64,000 bases of DNA from Candidatus Yonathbacteria bacterium RIFCSPLOWO2_01_FULL_43_27. GTDB taxonomy: Bacteria > Patescibacteriota > Minisyncoccia > Phycocordibacterales > UBA1550. Below the pieces are notes generated by a model. The model was not told the DNA's origin and did no database searches. It saw only the letters and a list, made by a program, of their open reading frames with translations. Positions 1 to 9,888 of the stretch are shown piece after piece (within the stretch, counting starts at the first letter, position 1; each line of letters begins with the position of its first letter). Location of the stretch: NCBI GenBank assembly GCA_001823545.1, contig MHUV01000003.1, positions 6,718 to 70,717 on the forward strand. The letters are read 5' to 3'. The translations under genes were made by a program, and so were the position numbers.

Positions 1-430
1 TGGTTGGTTTAGAAAATGTGAGCGTTGTTTTAAATGGTACAAAATTTTCTGTCATCCAGTCACTTTGAGCTTGAGCAACTGCTGTGCCAAGAAGTACATT
101 ATTAGCGTCATATATTCGTATTGGGAACGACGCTTCAAAATACCACGTTCCACGTGCTTCCCCTTCGGTAAGAAGAGGACTCTTAACTACCGCGCCTTCG
201 ACCGGGGTTGAAACTCTAATGAGGTCAGAGATATTTTTTACTGGTGGACATTGCGCAAACTGACACGTGGGTGCTATTCTCCCTACGGCACTTCCGTCAG
301 GACAAATCTTTACATCCATCGTACATACAACCGTTTCTGGTGGCGTTGTTTTATTAATAATAAAAAGAAACCCGAGCACGATAATAATAATTGCGATTAT
401 GACTGTGAATATAGTGAGTAGTTTTTTCAT
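1..430 (-). CDS. Membrane-anchored protein with CPR-type CTxDxKxCPDGSxVGR motif and Gmad2-like Ig domain (3' end outside window)
   Basis: Manual translation from ATG at 430: MKKLLTIFTVII...CTMDVKICPDGSAVGRIAPTCQFAQCP...GEARGTWYFEASFPI. Confidence 0.75.
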   Translation of the reverse strand, partial: MKKLLTIFTVIIAIIIIVLGFLFIINKTTPPETVVCTMDVKICPDGSAVGRIAPTCQFAQCPPVKNISDLIRVSTPVEGAVVKSPLLTEGEARGTWYFEASFPIRIYDANNVLLGTAVAQAQSDWMTENFVPFKTTLTFSKPT

Positions 431-493
431 ATATATAGTGTACTACGCATGTTTTTCTTGTAAAGGGCTCCATCGCTAAGCGCTACTATTTTC

Positions 494-1489
494 CTAGTCC
501 TGTATTATTACCTGTGTGCCCAGATCTGCCCAATAATAAAGGATTTTTGCCTTTTCTGGACGCATATTTACACATCCATTTGAAGCAGGTCCTCCAAAAA
601 AATTATGCCAATAAGCCCCATGAATGATCGAGCCCGTGACGGTGAAGTAAAGATTCCATGGTACACCAGGTAGATCCCATGATTTTACATTCGGGCTCAC
701 CGTGTTTTCAGTACTCGTGCTGATACTCATCGCTGTACTTGTGCTCGTGAGCGCTTCAGTATCGGTGCTTGTTTCAGTTGTTAGGCTCGGAATTTCAAGA
801 GGACCTTGCATATAGCGACTTGGTGTCTTACGAAAAATAGTGAATGTGCCAATAGGTGTCGGTGACTCGTCGAGACCCGCTGAAATCGGCTCCTTCATGT
901 AGATATCCGACCCTTCGTAGGCGTACAAGGTCTGCTCAGAAAGGTCTATAAGAATATATTTATTAGTTGTTCCCGTACTTTTTTTAATAAGATCTTTTGT
1001 TCCTTCATTAAAAAATGATTGCGTATAATTTGCTGAAACGTACCAATCACTCGTAACGCGTTCTGGGTATCTAATCCATTCATCGAGAATAACCCTATAC
1101 CAGTATTGATCATTATTCTCAATAGCTTCACCAACTTTTAGTACTGTCCCGTTACGTAAGCGGGCTACCACTGAATAGTTAAGACCAGGTCCCGAGCGCA
1201 TATTTACACATGTTCCATCATAAAAAGGGCCACATGAATCAACGATTTCTACATAATGAAATAATTCTGCCTCTGTTGGAGTTGGTGGAGGAATTTTTTT
1301 TATATATTTTACTACAGGAGTGAGTGTTGCTCCGGTGATCTTTTGTTCAATCGGTATTATTGAAGCAACTTGTGGTCCATAGGAATTTGGACGAGGAATA
1401 AATAGTAAGATACCGAGCAGTATGAAAAAGATGAGTGTGAGGACTACTACGATTGCAATGAGAATTTTATTTTCTTTATATATTTTCAT
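494..1489 (-). CDS. L,D-transpeptidase (YkuD) with SH3-like domain
   Basis: N-terminal TM; VNMRSGPG SH3b motif; IDLSEQTLYAYE and IHGAYWH...SNGCVN catalytic motif. Confidence 0.9.
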   Translation of the reverse strand: MKIYKENKILIAIVVVLTLIFFILLGILLFIPRPNSYGPQVASIIPIEQKITGATLTPVVKYIKKIPPPTPTEAELFHYVEIVDSCGPFYDGTCVNMRSGPGLNYSVVARLRNGTVLKVGEAIENNDQYWYRVILDEWIRYPERVTSDWYVSANYTQSFFNEGTKDLIKKSTGTTNKYILIDLSEQTLYAYEGSDIYMKEPISAGLDESPTPIGTFTIFRKTPSRYMQGPLEIPSLTTETSTDTEALTSTSTAMSISTSTENTVSPNVKSWDLPGVPWNLYFTVTGSIIHGAYWHNFFGGPASNGCVNMRPEKAKILYYWADLGTQVIIQD

Positions 1490-1508
1490 ACAATTTCATT
1501 TTCGTTAT

Positions 1509-2099
1509 TTATTCCGGGTGATTAATTGGATATTTTTCAAATTCTGGTAGTAAGTTCTTCCCGTAAAGGAGTCGGGAAAAAGCCTCAGCCTCATATTTTG
1601 CACCATTGATACCAATATGAGGTTTTGGTTCTTCTGGAAGTCCTAGGTAGGAAAGGATTGCGTCTAAGGAAAGATCAGTGCGTTCATTTTTGTGCGGGAT
1701 AGCAATACTGCGTTTCGTTGCGTCCATATATGCCATCGTGTGTAGGTCGAGTGTGCGATATGGGAAATGCCAGCCAATATGCGCACGCGCAAATGAATCG
1801 TTCATAAAATCTCGGTCAAATGAAACATTATGTCCTGCAAGCGTCTTTTCTTCGCACTGGTTAATCCAGTGAAGGAATAGTTGCATTAACTCTTCAAGAG
1901 AGTGTTTTTTTGGATCGGTGCATTCTTGACGTGTGAAGCCGTTGACTTCGAGAGCGTCCGACATAATGCTTGCACCTTCCCACATCCTGCATTCGCCATA
2001 AAACTGACGCTCTGGATGTTCAAGCTCAACAGCACCAATACTTAAAATTGAGTGTTTTTTTGGGTCGAGGCCGGTAGCTTCTATGTCAGCGACTATCAT
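1509..2099 (-). CDS. DEDDh 3'-5' exonuclease (RNase T/DnaQ-like)
   Basis: ADIEATG, GHNVSFD, LDLHT motifs; start moved to MIVAD, 6 nt after TGTTATACT. Confidence 0.85.
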   Translation of the reverse strand: MIVADIEATGLDPKKHSILSIGAVELEHPERQFYGECRMWEGASIMSDALEVNGFTRQECTDPKKHSLEELMQLFLHWINQCEEKTLAGHNVSFDRDFMNDSFARAHIGWHFPYRTLDLHTMAYMDATKRSIAIPHKNERTDLSLDAILSYLGLPEEPKPHIGINGAKYEAEAFSRLLYGKNLLPEFEKYPINHPE

Positions 2100-2138
2100 A
2101 GGTCCAGTATAACATGAAATCGTGATACACTTATTTTT

Positions 2139-2699
2139 ATGAATAAAAAGGTTCTCTGGATTATAGTGCTTGTTTTGCTGGTGTTGGGTGGTGAAAAAGT
2201 AATAAAAGTAGACAACGAAGAGGTTCTTTCTATTCCATCGCCTCGCATTTTTCAAGAAGAAGCACATGAACCGCTAATTCAAAAGACCTTATCTACTGTT
2301 CTTCGTGTTATTGATGGCGATACTATCGAGGTGAGCCGTAATGGCATATCTGAAAAAGTACGGTTAATTGGTGTAAATACTCCAGAAACAGTTGATCCGC
2401 GCAAGAAGGTGGAGTGTTTTGGTAAAGAAGCGTCACGATTTGTAACGGACATCCTTACCGGAACATCGGTGTCTCTTGAAGCAGACGTGAGTCAGGGTGA
2501 ACGTGATCGCTATGGACGCTTACTTCGATATGTCTATCTTCCAAATGGCACACTACTCAACAAAACAATTATTGCTGAAGGATACGGGTATGAATATACC
2601 TATCGTGTTCCCTATCGTTATATGAATGAGTTCAAGGAAGCTCAGTCTTCTGCTAAAAAATTACAAAAGGGACTTTGGGCGGATGGTGTTTGTGAGTAA
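2139..2699 (+). CDS. Thermonuclease (SNase-like)
   Basis: RVIDGDTI, VRLIGVNTPE, DRYGRLLRYV, KGLW. Confidence 0.93.
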   Translation: MNKKVLWIIVLVLLVLGGEKVIKVDNEEVLSIPSPRIFQEEAHEPLIQKTLSTVLRVIDGDTIEVSRNGISEKVRLIGVNTPETVDPRKKVECFGKEASRFVTDILTGTSVSLEADVSQGERDRYGRLLRYVYLPNGTLLNKTIIAEGYGYEYTYRVPYRYMNEFKEAQSSAKKLQKGLWADGVCE

Positions 2700-2718
2700 G
2701 CTGGCTTTAGTTATTTCT

Positions 2719-2787
2719 TATTAGCGACGTAGAGCAAGTGAAGTGAGAAAGTAGTCTTTCTCACTTCCGAGCCGAGGAAGCTAATAC
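2719..2787 (-). repeat. Partial copy (one end) of MITE-like repeat family
   Basis: TATTAGCGACGTAGAGCAAGTGAAGTGAGAAAGTAGTCTTTCTCACTTCCGAGCCGAG is near-identical to the 58152 end and to the reverse complement of the 29120 end. Confidence 0.85.
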
Positions 2788-2807
2788 GGATTTCGTGTAT
2801 GTAAAAA

Positions 2808-5021
2808 TCATACGGTTACGAGATCTTTTTCGACACGCTTTAATGACACGGCATTTACCGCAACTATTATTGAAGACACACTCATCAAAAGTGCCGCAAA
2901 TTCTGGACGGAGCATAATGCCAAAGCTAGGATATAGAATTCCTCCAGCAATAGGAATTGCAAGGACATTGTAAATTGAAGCCCAAAAAAGATTCTGTTTC
3001 ATTTTGCGAACTGTTGCTTTGCTTAAGGTGATTGCTCGAAGAATGTCTAATGGGTCTGATTTCATAAGAACAACTTTTGCAGTTTCGATTGCCACGTCCG
3101 TGCCTGCACCAATAGCAATACCCACATCAGATTGAGCGAGCGCGGGTGCGTCGTTGACCCCATCGCCCACCATTGCCGTAAATTTTCCTTCTTCTTGTAA
3201 TTTTTTTACGTAGCTCGCTTTATCCGCAGGTATTACTTCCGCAAACACTCTTTCTATACCAATACGACTTGCCACATTCTCTGCGGTATTTTTATTGTCG
3301 CCGGTAATCATAGCAATCTCAATACCCAAAGCTTTCAAACTCTCAACGGTTTTTATGGCATTGGGTTTTATTGGATCAACTACACCAATCACTGCTTTAA
3401 TGGACCCATCAACAGCGAGAATCATAATCGTCTCCCCTTTTTCCAGAAACTCATTTATTTTTTGTTCCAGTATACCCAGAGCAATACCCTGTTCCTTCAT
3501 AAGTCTCACGGTACCGATAAGTAGTTGTTTTCCGTCGACAACGGCCTTTACTCCCAACCCTGAAAGATTTTTAAATTTATCAACCGACTCTGGCAATATA
3601 AGGTCGCGTTTCTTAAGCTCATCGAGCACGGCACCAGCCAAAGGGTGAGATGATTTCGCCTCTGCCGCGCCGACGAGGCGAAGTGCTTCGTCTGCACTAA
3701 AACCATCCACGGTAGCGATGTCAGTTACTTTTGATTTTCCTTCGGTAAGTGTCCCAGTTTTATCAAGGACAATTGCTTGGATTTTTGAAACTTGTTCTAG
3801 TGTGGGAGCATCTTTTATAAGAATATTATGTTTTGCCCCAAGGCCAGTACCGACAGCTACGGCAGTCGGCGTGGCAAGTCCAAGTGCGTCGGGGCAAGCA
3901 ATGACAACCGTAGCAATAGCAAAAGAGAGAGCCAAAAGGAGCGGTGAACCAACTATAAAATACCAAATTATAAATACCAAAAGACCTGATCCTACCGCCA
4001 CAATGACCAAGTACTTTGCAAACCTATCGGCGATTCTTTGTCCCGGAGCTTTTGAATTCTGCGCTTCTTCAACCATCGTTACAATTCGTGCAAGAGCAGT
4101 GTCCTTGCCGATTTTTGTTGCCTTAAATTTCACCGATCCGGTAGTGTTGATTGATCCCCCAATGACCTGGTCCCCAATCCTTTTAGCCGTAGGGATCGAT
4201 TCTCCAGTAACCAAAGATTCGTCTATGGCAGTTTCTCCCTCAATAACCTCACCATCAACAGGAACCTTGTCTCCTGGCTTAAGAATGATGATGTCACCAA
4301 GTTGTATATCGGATGTGGAAACCATCATCTCTCTGCCATCTTTAAAGATTCTGGCTTGAGGCGGTACGAGATTAAAAAGTGCCTGAAGAGCGTCTGTTGT
4401 CCCGCGACGAGATCTCATTTCCATCCAGTGACCGAACAAGACGAACGTGATAAGCATGGCAGCCGCTTCGTAATAGGAATCGGTACTTCCCATAAGAGTA
4501 AGCAGGATACTGAAGCCATACGCTGCAGTAATGCCGACGGCAATGAGTACCGCCATATTCAGTATTTTATTTTTCAACGCAAAATAAGTTGAATAGAGGA
4601 AAATCCATCCGGAATAAAAAAATACCGGTGTTGTTAACATAAAGAGGAGCCACGGTAAAGGAATTGGAGATGCCAGATCAATCCTTAAAAACTCGGTGCC
4701 TAAAGGCGAATACAAAATTATAGGAATGGTGAGGATAAGCGAGAAGAAGAATTTATTCCGAATATCTATCTCCATGAGGCGAGCCATTTCCCGACCTGCA
4801 AGTCCGGTATGATCCATGCCCATCGTCATCGACATACTCATCTTGAACTTTCCCCAGAATCCCATCTTCGATATATCGCCCATTGCGTGCCCAGAATGGG
4901 CACTATGCTTTTCCTGATCATCTTTCTTAACAAGCTTCATCCCACATTTCGGGCACGTGCCGAGTTTGCCCGAAACAACCTCAGGATGCATTGGGCAGGT
5001 ATACATTTTGTTTTCTTTCAT
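2808..5021 (-). CDS. copA: Copper-translocating P1B-type ATPase
   Basis: YTCPMHP metal-binding domain, TGES, CPDALGLA, DKTGTLT, SSHP, GDGVNDAP, YN in TM helix. Confidence 0.93.
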   Translation of the reverse strand: MKENKMYTCPMHPEVVSGKLGTCPKCGMKLVKKDDQEKHSAHSGHAMGDISKMGFWGKFKMSMSMTMGMDHTGLAGREMARLMEIDIRNKFFFSLILTIPIILYSPLGTEFLRIDLASPIPLPWLLFMLTTPVFFYSGWIFLYSTYFALKNKILNMAVLIAVGITAAYGFSILLTLMGSTDSYYEAAAMLITFVLFGHWMEMRSRRGTTDALQALFNLVPPQARIFKDGREMMVSTSDIQLGDIIILKPGDKVPVDGEVIEGETAIDESLVTGESIPTAKRIGDQVIGGSINTTGSVKFKATKIGKDTALARIVTMVEEAQNSKAPGQRIADRFAKYLVIVAVGSGLLVFIIWYFIVGSPLLLALSFAIATVVIACPDALGLATPTAVAVGTGLGAKHNILIKDAPTLEQVSKIQAIVLDKTGTLTEGKSKVTDIATVDGFSADEALRLVGAAEAKSSHPLAGAVLDELKKRDLILPESVDKFKNLSGLGVKAVVDGKQLLIGTVRLMKEQGIALGILEQKINEFLEKGETIMILAVDGSIKAVIGVVDPIKPNAIKTVESLKALGIEIAMITGDNKNTAENVASRIGIERVFAEVIPADKASYVKKLQEEGKFTAMVGDGVNDAPALAQSDVGIAIGAGTDVAIETAKVVLMKSDPLDILRAITLSKATVRKMKQNLFWASIYNVLAIPIAGGILYPSFGIMLRPEFAALLMSVSSIIVAVNAVSLKRVEKDLVTV

Positions 5022-5043
5022 TGAGTGAATAGTACCTGTGGTC

Positions 5044-5283
5044 TTATGAAGTTAAGTCTTTTTTCTTTTCTTCGAACTCTTTCTTATCAATTTCACCTTT
5101 CGCATAACGTTCCTTAAGAATATCGAGTGCTGACTTAGATCTTGGAGTGTCGGAATGGTTGCCACCCCTTGCCTCTCTTGCTAACCATACAATAAAGAAG
5201 ATAACTGCGCCCCAAAAAATTATCATCATCAAACCTCCTCCGAAACCCCAGCCAAAAATGTCTCCATAGTAATTTCCCATCAT
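5044..5283 (-). CDS. SHOCT-domain small membrane protein
   Basis: ALDILKERYAKGEIDKKEFEEKKKDL. Confidence 0.88.
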   Translation of the reverse strand: MMGNYYGDIFGWGFGGGLMMIIFWGAVIFFIVWLAREARGGNHSDTPRSKSALDILKERYAKGEIDKKEFEEKKKDLTS

Positions 5284-5381
5284 ATATTTTTTTGTGATTA
5301 ATTAATAATTAATACAAATCCATGAACTCTTTAATAGCTTCTAGATTAATTGTTACATCGACCTTTATCTATACATACTCT

Positions 5382-5398
5382 ATACCTCCGTACCCTTT
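5382..5398. promoter_or_regulatory. Possible CsoR-type copper operator
   Basis: ATACCTCCGTACCCTTT resembles C-tract CsoR boxes and lies upstream of SHOCT-copA; no csoR gene in window. Confidence 0.35.
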
Positions 5399-5423
5399 AT
5401 GTCTACTCTATGTAGCGAGTATT

Positions 5424-6404
5424 CTAGATTCCACACCCACCTTGTTGTCGTGGGGGCGCAACTGTCGCTCCATTTCCTACTCCACAACCATTTCCGCTTC
5501 TTTGTTGTGGGGGTCGAGAGACCTGGGTGGCAATTTTTGCGTATCCTTGTGCACTTGAATAATTTATGCCAAGCATTTCTTGCGGATTCACATCCTTCCA
5601 TTCGATACCCTTGCTCTTCATGTAGGATGCTATCGTGAGATAGGTATCAGGGAACCAATATGAATTGACAACCAGAGCCGCTTTCCACATATCTTGCTCG
5701 CTCGCGCCTTGTGAGGCCATAAGTTCAAGAAACCCGAGCATAGCCATTCCGTGATTGCAGTCAGGGAAGTGAGTAGAATTACCACAGCATGGTCTATATA
5801 TGCCTCTTGATACTTTGTCTACGAGGTCCTGCTGTTCGGAGGTCAGATCAAAGAATTTATGACGGCTATAATGATCCATTGCGCTACCTTGAGCGATAGT
5901 CCACCCACCCGTTGATGCAAAGTTTCCCGCACCGCCGTAGGATGGATCTGTCATCTCTCCTGATTCCAATATTGGATTTTTACTTGCGAGCCCAAGTGCC
6001 CAAAACAAATTGAGCATATACCCAGCATTTTCGTTTGTGATCGTAAGTTTTCCCTCGTTTTGACCAAGAAGGAGTTTCCTGTATTCCTCGGTAAAAGCTC
6101 CTCGCTGATCATATATGGCTATAAACTTATCAGCATCAATGGTTCCGGTACTAACAAGTTTTGATCCAAGATCACCCCAAATAACCGGAAGCTCAACGCC
6201 ACCCGAGGGTAGAACCGCTTCTTCGGCAGCCGAAACTTGTTTTGCGCTTGGTGTTTGTAGTGAACTATTCCCCGCGTTGTAGATCATCTCTCCTGCGATT
6301 ACGAATCCTGCAATAATAATGGCGGTTGGGAGCGTGTATATACCATCAACCTTTTTCGACGTTTCCTGATCTTGAATTATCTCCTCTTGAATTTCGTTGT
6401 TCAT
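5424..6404 (-). CDS. Conserved hypothetical exported protein with RPCCGNSTHFPDCNHG motif (putative metal binding)
   Basis: N-terminal TM, CC-x8-CNH cluster, two C-terminal GCG motifs; lies within the copper cluster. Confidence 0.75.
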   Translation of the reverse strand: MNNEIQEEIIQDQETSKKVDGIYTLPTAIIIAGFVIAGEMIYNAGNSSLQTPSAKQVSAAEEAVLPSGGVELPVIWGDLGSKLVSTGTIDADKFIAIYDQRGAFTEEYRKLLLGQNEGKLTITNENAGYMLNLFWALGLASKNPILESGEMTDPSYGGAGNFASTGGWTIAQGSAMDHYSRHKFFDLTSEQQDLVDKVSRGIYRPCCGNSTHFPDCNHGMAMLGFLELMASQGASEQDMWKAALVVNSYWFPDTYLTIASYMKSKGIEWKDVNPQEMLGINYSSAQGYAKIATQVSRPPQQRSGNGCGVGNGATVAPPRQQGGCGI

Positions 6405-6414
6405 TGTTTTGTTT

Positions 6415-7986
6415 TTATGGAGTTACATTAATATCAAGCTCTAATTTCAATGTCGGATTTGTTGCAGAATCAGTTTCTATATAGACGACCTTTTTTGCCG
6501 GACCCGCGCCTTGCGGTCCGTGCGCCGCTGGGTCTACCTCCACTTCGATTATAATTTCTTGTCCCGGTTTGACTATCTCATTTATTTTAGACGCAAGCCC
6601 GCCGTGCCCCGGCATACCAAACGGACCCTTACGAGATGTGCCATTTATAATGGTTGCTTCTGTACACATACAAGAAGTGGTAACACTGGCGATCTCTACC
6701 GAAGAACTACCAGTATTTTTTATCTTGAACGAATGACTAACTTTTCCGTTTTTCATCGAAACCGTGCCGAAATCAAAAGATTTCTCTGACGAAACAAGCT
6801 CGCTATAGTTGCCTTTGCCTGAAATTTCTGCATCTCTATACCACACACTAATCCCGTTTGGCATCTTACCCACGTTTATTTTCGCAACTTCTTTCTCCAT
6901 AGCAGTATCAATTATTGACACATCATCACTCTTGAGATTAGTAATGTACGCAAACTTCCCATTTTTAGAAACAGTAACTCCGTGAGGAGCAGACCCACTT
7001 TTGATAGCCTGTACTACGCTCATCTCCTTCAAATCAATCTTATAGATAGTATCGCCAATTGGCTGATCAAAATAGAACCCTTGATCGGCAACATACACAA
7101 AGCGTGAGTCAGGGGTAGGATAAAGCTGTACCGGTCCTTTTGCATCTTGTGGTAAATCAACGTAGCTCAATTTTGCCAAGGCAGTATCGTATACCGCTAA
7201 ACTTTTCGCGTCATACACTGAAGCTAGTGCATACTTCCCGTCTGGCGTGACACCTGTCTGCACTGCCGCACCATTGAGTGAAATGTCTTTTAAGTTGAAA
7301 CTATCGATATCAAGAACTCCCATACTTTTGCCCGACAACATCGCGATATATGCGGTTTTTCCATCTGGTGAGATACGAAGCCCATGAGGTCCACCACCTT
7401 TTTTTGTAGTAACTTCTTTCTCTACCTCAAACGAAGTAGTGTTTATTTTGTATATAATTCCCTTTTCTTGTGATGCGACAATGGCGTACCTGCTGTCGGG
7501 TGTTAAAGAAATATGCGAGAGGTGAAGTTCCTGCCCAATTTCAATCCTCTTTATAATTACGTCTGAGAATGGATCTATGACGATGACTTCGTCGTTGTTC
7601 CTTTGCATAGCCATCCCCTCCTCGCCGTGACCTGCGTTTGCTTCAGCTCTTGGTATGATACGAAACGACATTTTCATATTCTTCTCGTCTTCTGCGTTAG
7701 CGGTTACCCATACACTTTTATTATCCGGTGCAACTTGCACATTGTGTGGCATATAACTAACCGTTATGCCATCTGTATCCTTGGATAAATTTATTTTCTT
7801 TAAAACCTGTTTTGTCTGCGGATTGAGTACAGCGATTTCTCCGGAACCCTCAATTGCAACATATACTTTTTCTTCTACACGTAAGGAACTATTAATTTTG
7901 TTTTCCTGCTTGCCACTTCCGTAATTAATAATTACTCCAATTATCACGATCGCCACCAATACAATTATAATTTTAATATTTTTCAT
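6415..7986 (-). CDS. YncE/YVTN beta-propeller plus DUF1573 Ig-like domain protein
   Basis: Repeated PHGxxxSPDGKxAYI blades; C-terminal TSCMCT DUF1573-type motif. Confidence 0.82.
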   Translation of the reverse strand: MKNIKIIIVLVAIVIIGVIINYGSGKQENKINSSLRVEEKVYVAIEGSGEIAVLNPQTKQVLKKINLSKDTDGITVSYMPHNVQVAPDNKSVWVTANAEDEKNMKMSFRIIPRAEANAGHGEEGMAMQRNNDEVIVIDPFSDVIIKRIEIGQELHLSHISLTPDSRYAIVASQEKGIIYKINTTSFEVEKEVTTKKGGGPHGLRISPDGKTAYIAMLSGKSMGVLDIDSFNLKDISLNGAAVQTGVTPDGKYALASVYDAKSLAVYDTALAKLSYVDLPQDAKGPVQLYPTPDSRFVYVADQGFYFDQPIGDTIYKIDLKEMSVVQAIKSGSAPHGVTVSKNGKFAYITNLKSDDVSIIDTAMEKEVAKINVGKMPNGISVWYRDAEISGKGNYSELVSSEKSFDFGTVSMKNGKVSHSFKIKNTGSSSVEIASVTTSCMCTEATIINGTSRKGPFGMPGHGGLASKINEIVKPGQEIIIEVEVDPAAHGPQGAGPAKKVVYIETDSATNPTLKLELDINVTP

Positions 7987-8008
7987 TTTTTTATAGTTAA
8001 TCTGCTCA

Positions 8009-8085
8009 TAAAAGCGGTAGGTACCACAGGGTAAGCCACCCTTGTATTATTCCATTACATGGACGGTACACCTTGTCGCTCATAG
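8009..8085 (+). repeat. Short, internally deleted copy of MITE-like family
   Basis: TAAAAGCGGTA...ACCCTTGTATTATTCCATTACATGGACGGTACACCTT (identical to 28921-28957)...GTCGCTCATAG. Confidence 0.85.
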
Positions 8086-8157
8086 TAAAAAAGCTCACTA
8101 AAAGTGGCTTATGCAGACAAAAGAAGCGTGTCGAGGTGCGACAGAGTTTCTTTTGTC

Positions 8158-8565
8158 TTAATTAAAAGATGGACTATTTATAAAAAGTGACAACCAGCGA
8201 GTAATAGCCTGTGGTCTGAATAATTTTGTACTATAATTACGGGACAAATAACGTAGTGATATACGTATATGAGATATCGACGGAAAATATTTTTGAAGCA
8301 CATATAGTACCCCTATCGTGAGTAATATTGTCATCAGTACCTGCGCGACAAATGAAGAAACAAGAACATTGGTGAATGTTTGGTACATGAAAAGAACGTG
8401 AGTGGCGGTAGATAGTGTTCCCGTTGGGCACGTAGAAGTATGGAGAGGCGTCGTAGGACAATTGTCACTCGTCATCCCGTCCATATGGTGTTCCATCGAA
8501 GAAAAGCTAAGAATTGCTCCCGCTATAAAGCCTATAAGTACTATAAATACGAGAAATTTCTTCAT
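8158..8565 (-). CDS. Hypothetical membrane protein with His/Met/Cys-rich loop
   Basis: Two TM segments, MEHHMDGMTSDNCP...TCP; first gene of the copper cluster. Confidence 0.65.
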   Translation of the reverse strand: MKKFLVFIVLIGFIAGAILSFSSMEHHMDGMTSDNCPTTPLHTSTCPTGTLSTATHVLFMYQTFTNVLVSSFVAQVLMTILLTIGVLYVLQKYFPSISHIRISLRYLSRNYSTKLFRPQAITRWLSLFINSPSFN

Positions 8566-8615
8566 ATTTCTATTCTATCACTTTCTTTTTAAAAAGTGCA
8601 AGAGTGCATCAACAC

Positions 8616-9791
8616 TTACATTATTTGATCAATAATTTTTGTTTTTAAATTTTCCACTTTTCTCGTCTTTATCCGTTTAATAAACGGATACTCAACATAG
8701 CGATATGTGAGAGAAGAAACAGATATTGTTATAACCCCGCTAAACAGTATGAGAGACCAAAATACTGTTGGTGAAATTGATGTTATCGGATAAAAATAAT
8801 CTATAGAATTTAGTATCGCAAAAAGCATGATGCTGTGAATCAGGTACACACTGTAACTTATAGTTCCTAGAAACTTTGCCACCTCTGTCTTTAATAAACC
8901 AAAAAGATCAGCACCATATACAAAAGATAAGAATACTCCAAGTGAAATAAAGTATTGGGTAAAAGAATAAGGTTTGTAGCTGATAAAATATATGAGAACC
9001 ACTCCTAAGATGGGCACCAGTGATGATATCGACTTTTGGAAAAATTTAATTTCTGGATATTTTTTATATATATGAGCAGCCATGATGCCGAATAAAAATA
9101 TAGCCCAATATCCTCTGAGTGGAGAGGAGAGAGCAAAGAAGGCTAACGGCAGTGCCATGATGAACATCTTCTTGCCTTTAAGAGAAACCGCAAGAATAGG
9201 AAGCATAAGATAAAACACCCATTCAAAAGCCAACGTCCAATGAATACCTGCGTTTATGGGAAGAACACTTATATTGTTAACAGAGGTAGTGGTAATAAGT
9301 CCGAGAGAAAGGAAGGAGAGGATACCTTTTACTGTTTCTCTGATATCTATATCTAACCCTGATTGTATGAAAATTGAAAAAATAATTATTCCCGCGGTAA
9401 AAAGATACATCGGAGCGAGACGCAAAAACCTACTTCGGTATAAAGCTCCTGCATCTATGTCTCCTTTTTGCGCAATAGCTTTTGACCAATATAGGAAACT
9501 TGTAAGAATAAAAAACAAAATAACGGCTTCCCCACCTAAGTGTCTATAAAATCTGATAGGAACAATTTCCCAAACACCACTCTGAAAATAAAAATGACTT
9601 GTCACCGCATGCTGAAAAAATACATTTATTGCTAAAAAACCTCGGAGGCCATCAAGGGACTCAAATCTGCCTCGCTCCTCCTCCTTTATAATCTTTCTGT
9701 AAAATGGAAAATTTCTTACCAATAAAATACTAAATCCCACAAGGATCCCTAAAATCAAAAAATATATCCATATCGTAGTAAAATCAAGCAT
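8616..9791 (-). CDS. Acyltransferase family 3 (OafA-like O-acyltransferase)
   Basis: LDGLRGFLA, FFILTSF, RFLRLAP, WTLAFEWVFY, LGTISYSVYLIH, TYRYVEYP. Confidence 0.92.
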   Translation of the reverse strand: MLDFTTIWIYFLILGILVGFSILLVRNFPFYRKIIKEEERGRFESLDGLRGFLAINVFFQHAVTSHFYFQSGVWEIVPIRFYRHLGGEAVILFFILTSFLYWSKAIAQKGDIDAGALYRSRFLRLAPMYLFTAGIIIFSIFIQSGLDIDIRETVKGILSFLSLGLITTTSVNNISVLPINAGIHWTLAFEWVFYLMLPILAVSLKGKKMFIMALPLAFFALSSPLRGYWAIFLFGIMAAHIYKKYPEIKFFQKSISSLVPILGVVLIYFISYKPYSFTQYFISLGVFLSFVYGADLFGLLKTEVAKFLGTISYSVYLIHSIMLFAILNSIDYFYPITSISPTVFWSLILFSGVITISVSSLTYRYVEYPFIKRIKTRKVENLKTKIIDQIM

Positions 9792-9888
9792 CTAGGAATG
9801 TTGGTATCTTTTCAAGAAATATATTATAACAAATAAACACCGAATTGTATCGATGATTATTTGTTTAAATGCTGATTTAGTTGAGATA

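Noticed and set aside
5322-5638. Plus-strand ORFs opposite the 5424-6404 gene
   Set aside because: Antisense shadows of a better-supported gene. The same applies to most short overlapping ORFs in the track.
2719-8085. Composite transposon carrying the copper island between two repeat copies
   Set aside because: The 8009 copy has both of its own ends and lies inside the cluster, the 8158-8565 gene falls outside it, and there is no transposase or flanking duplication.
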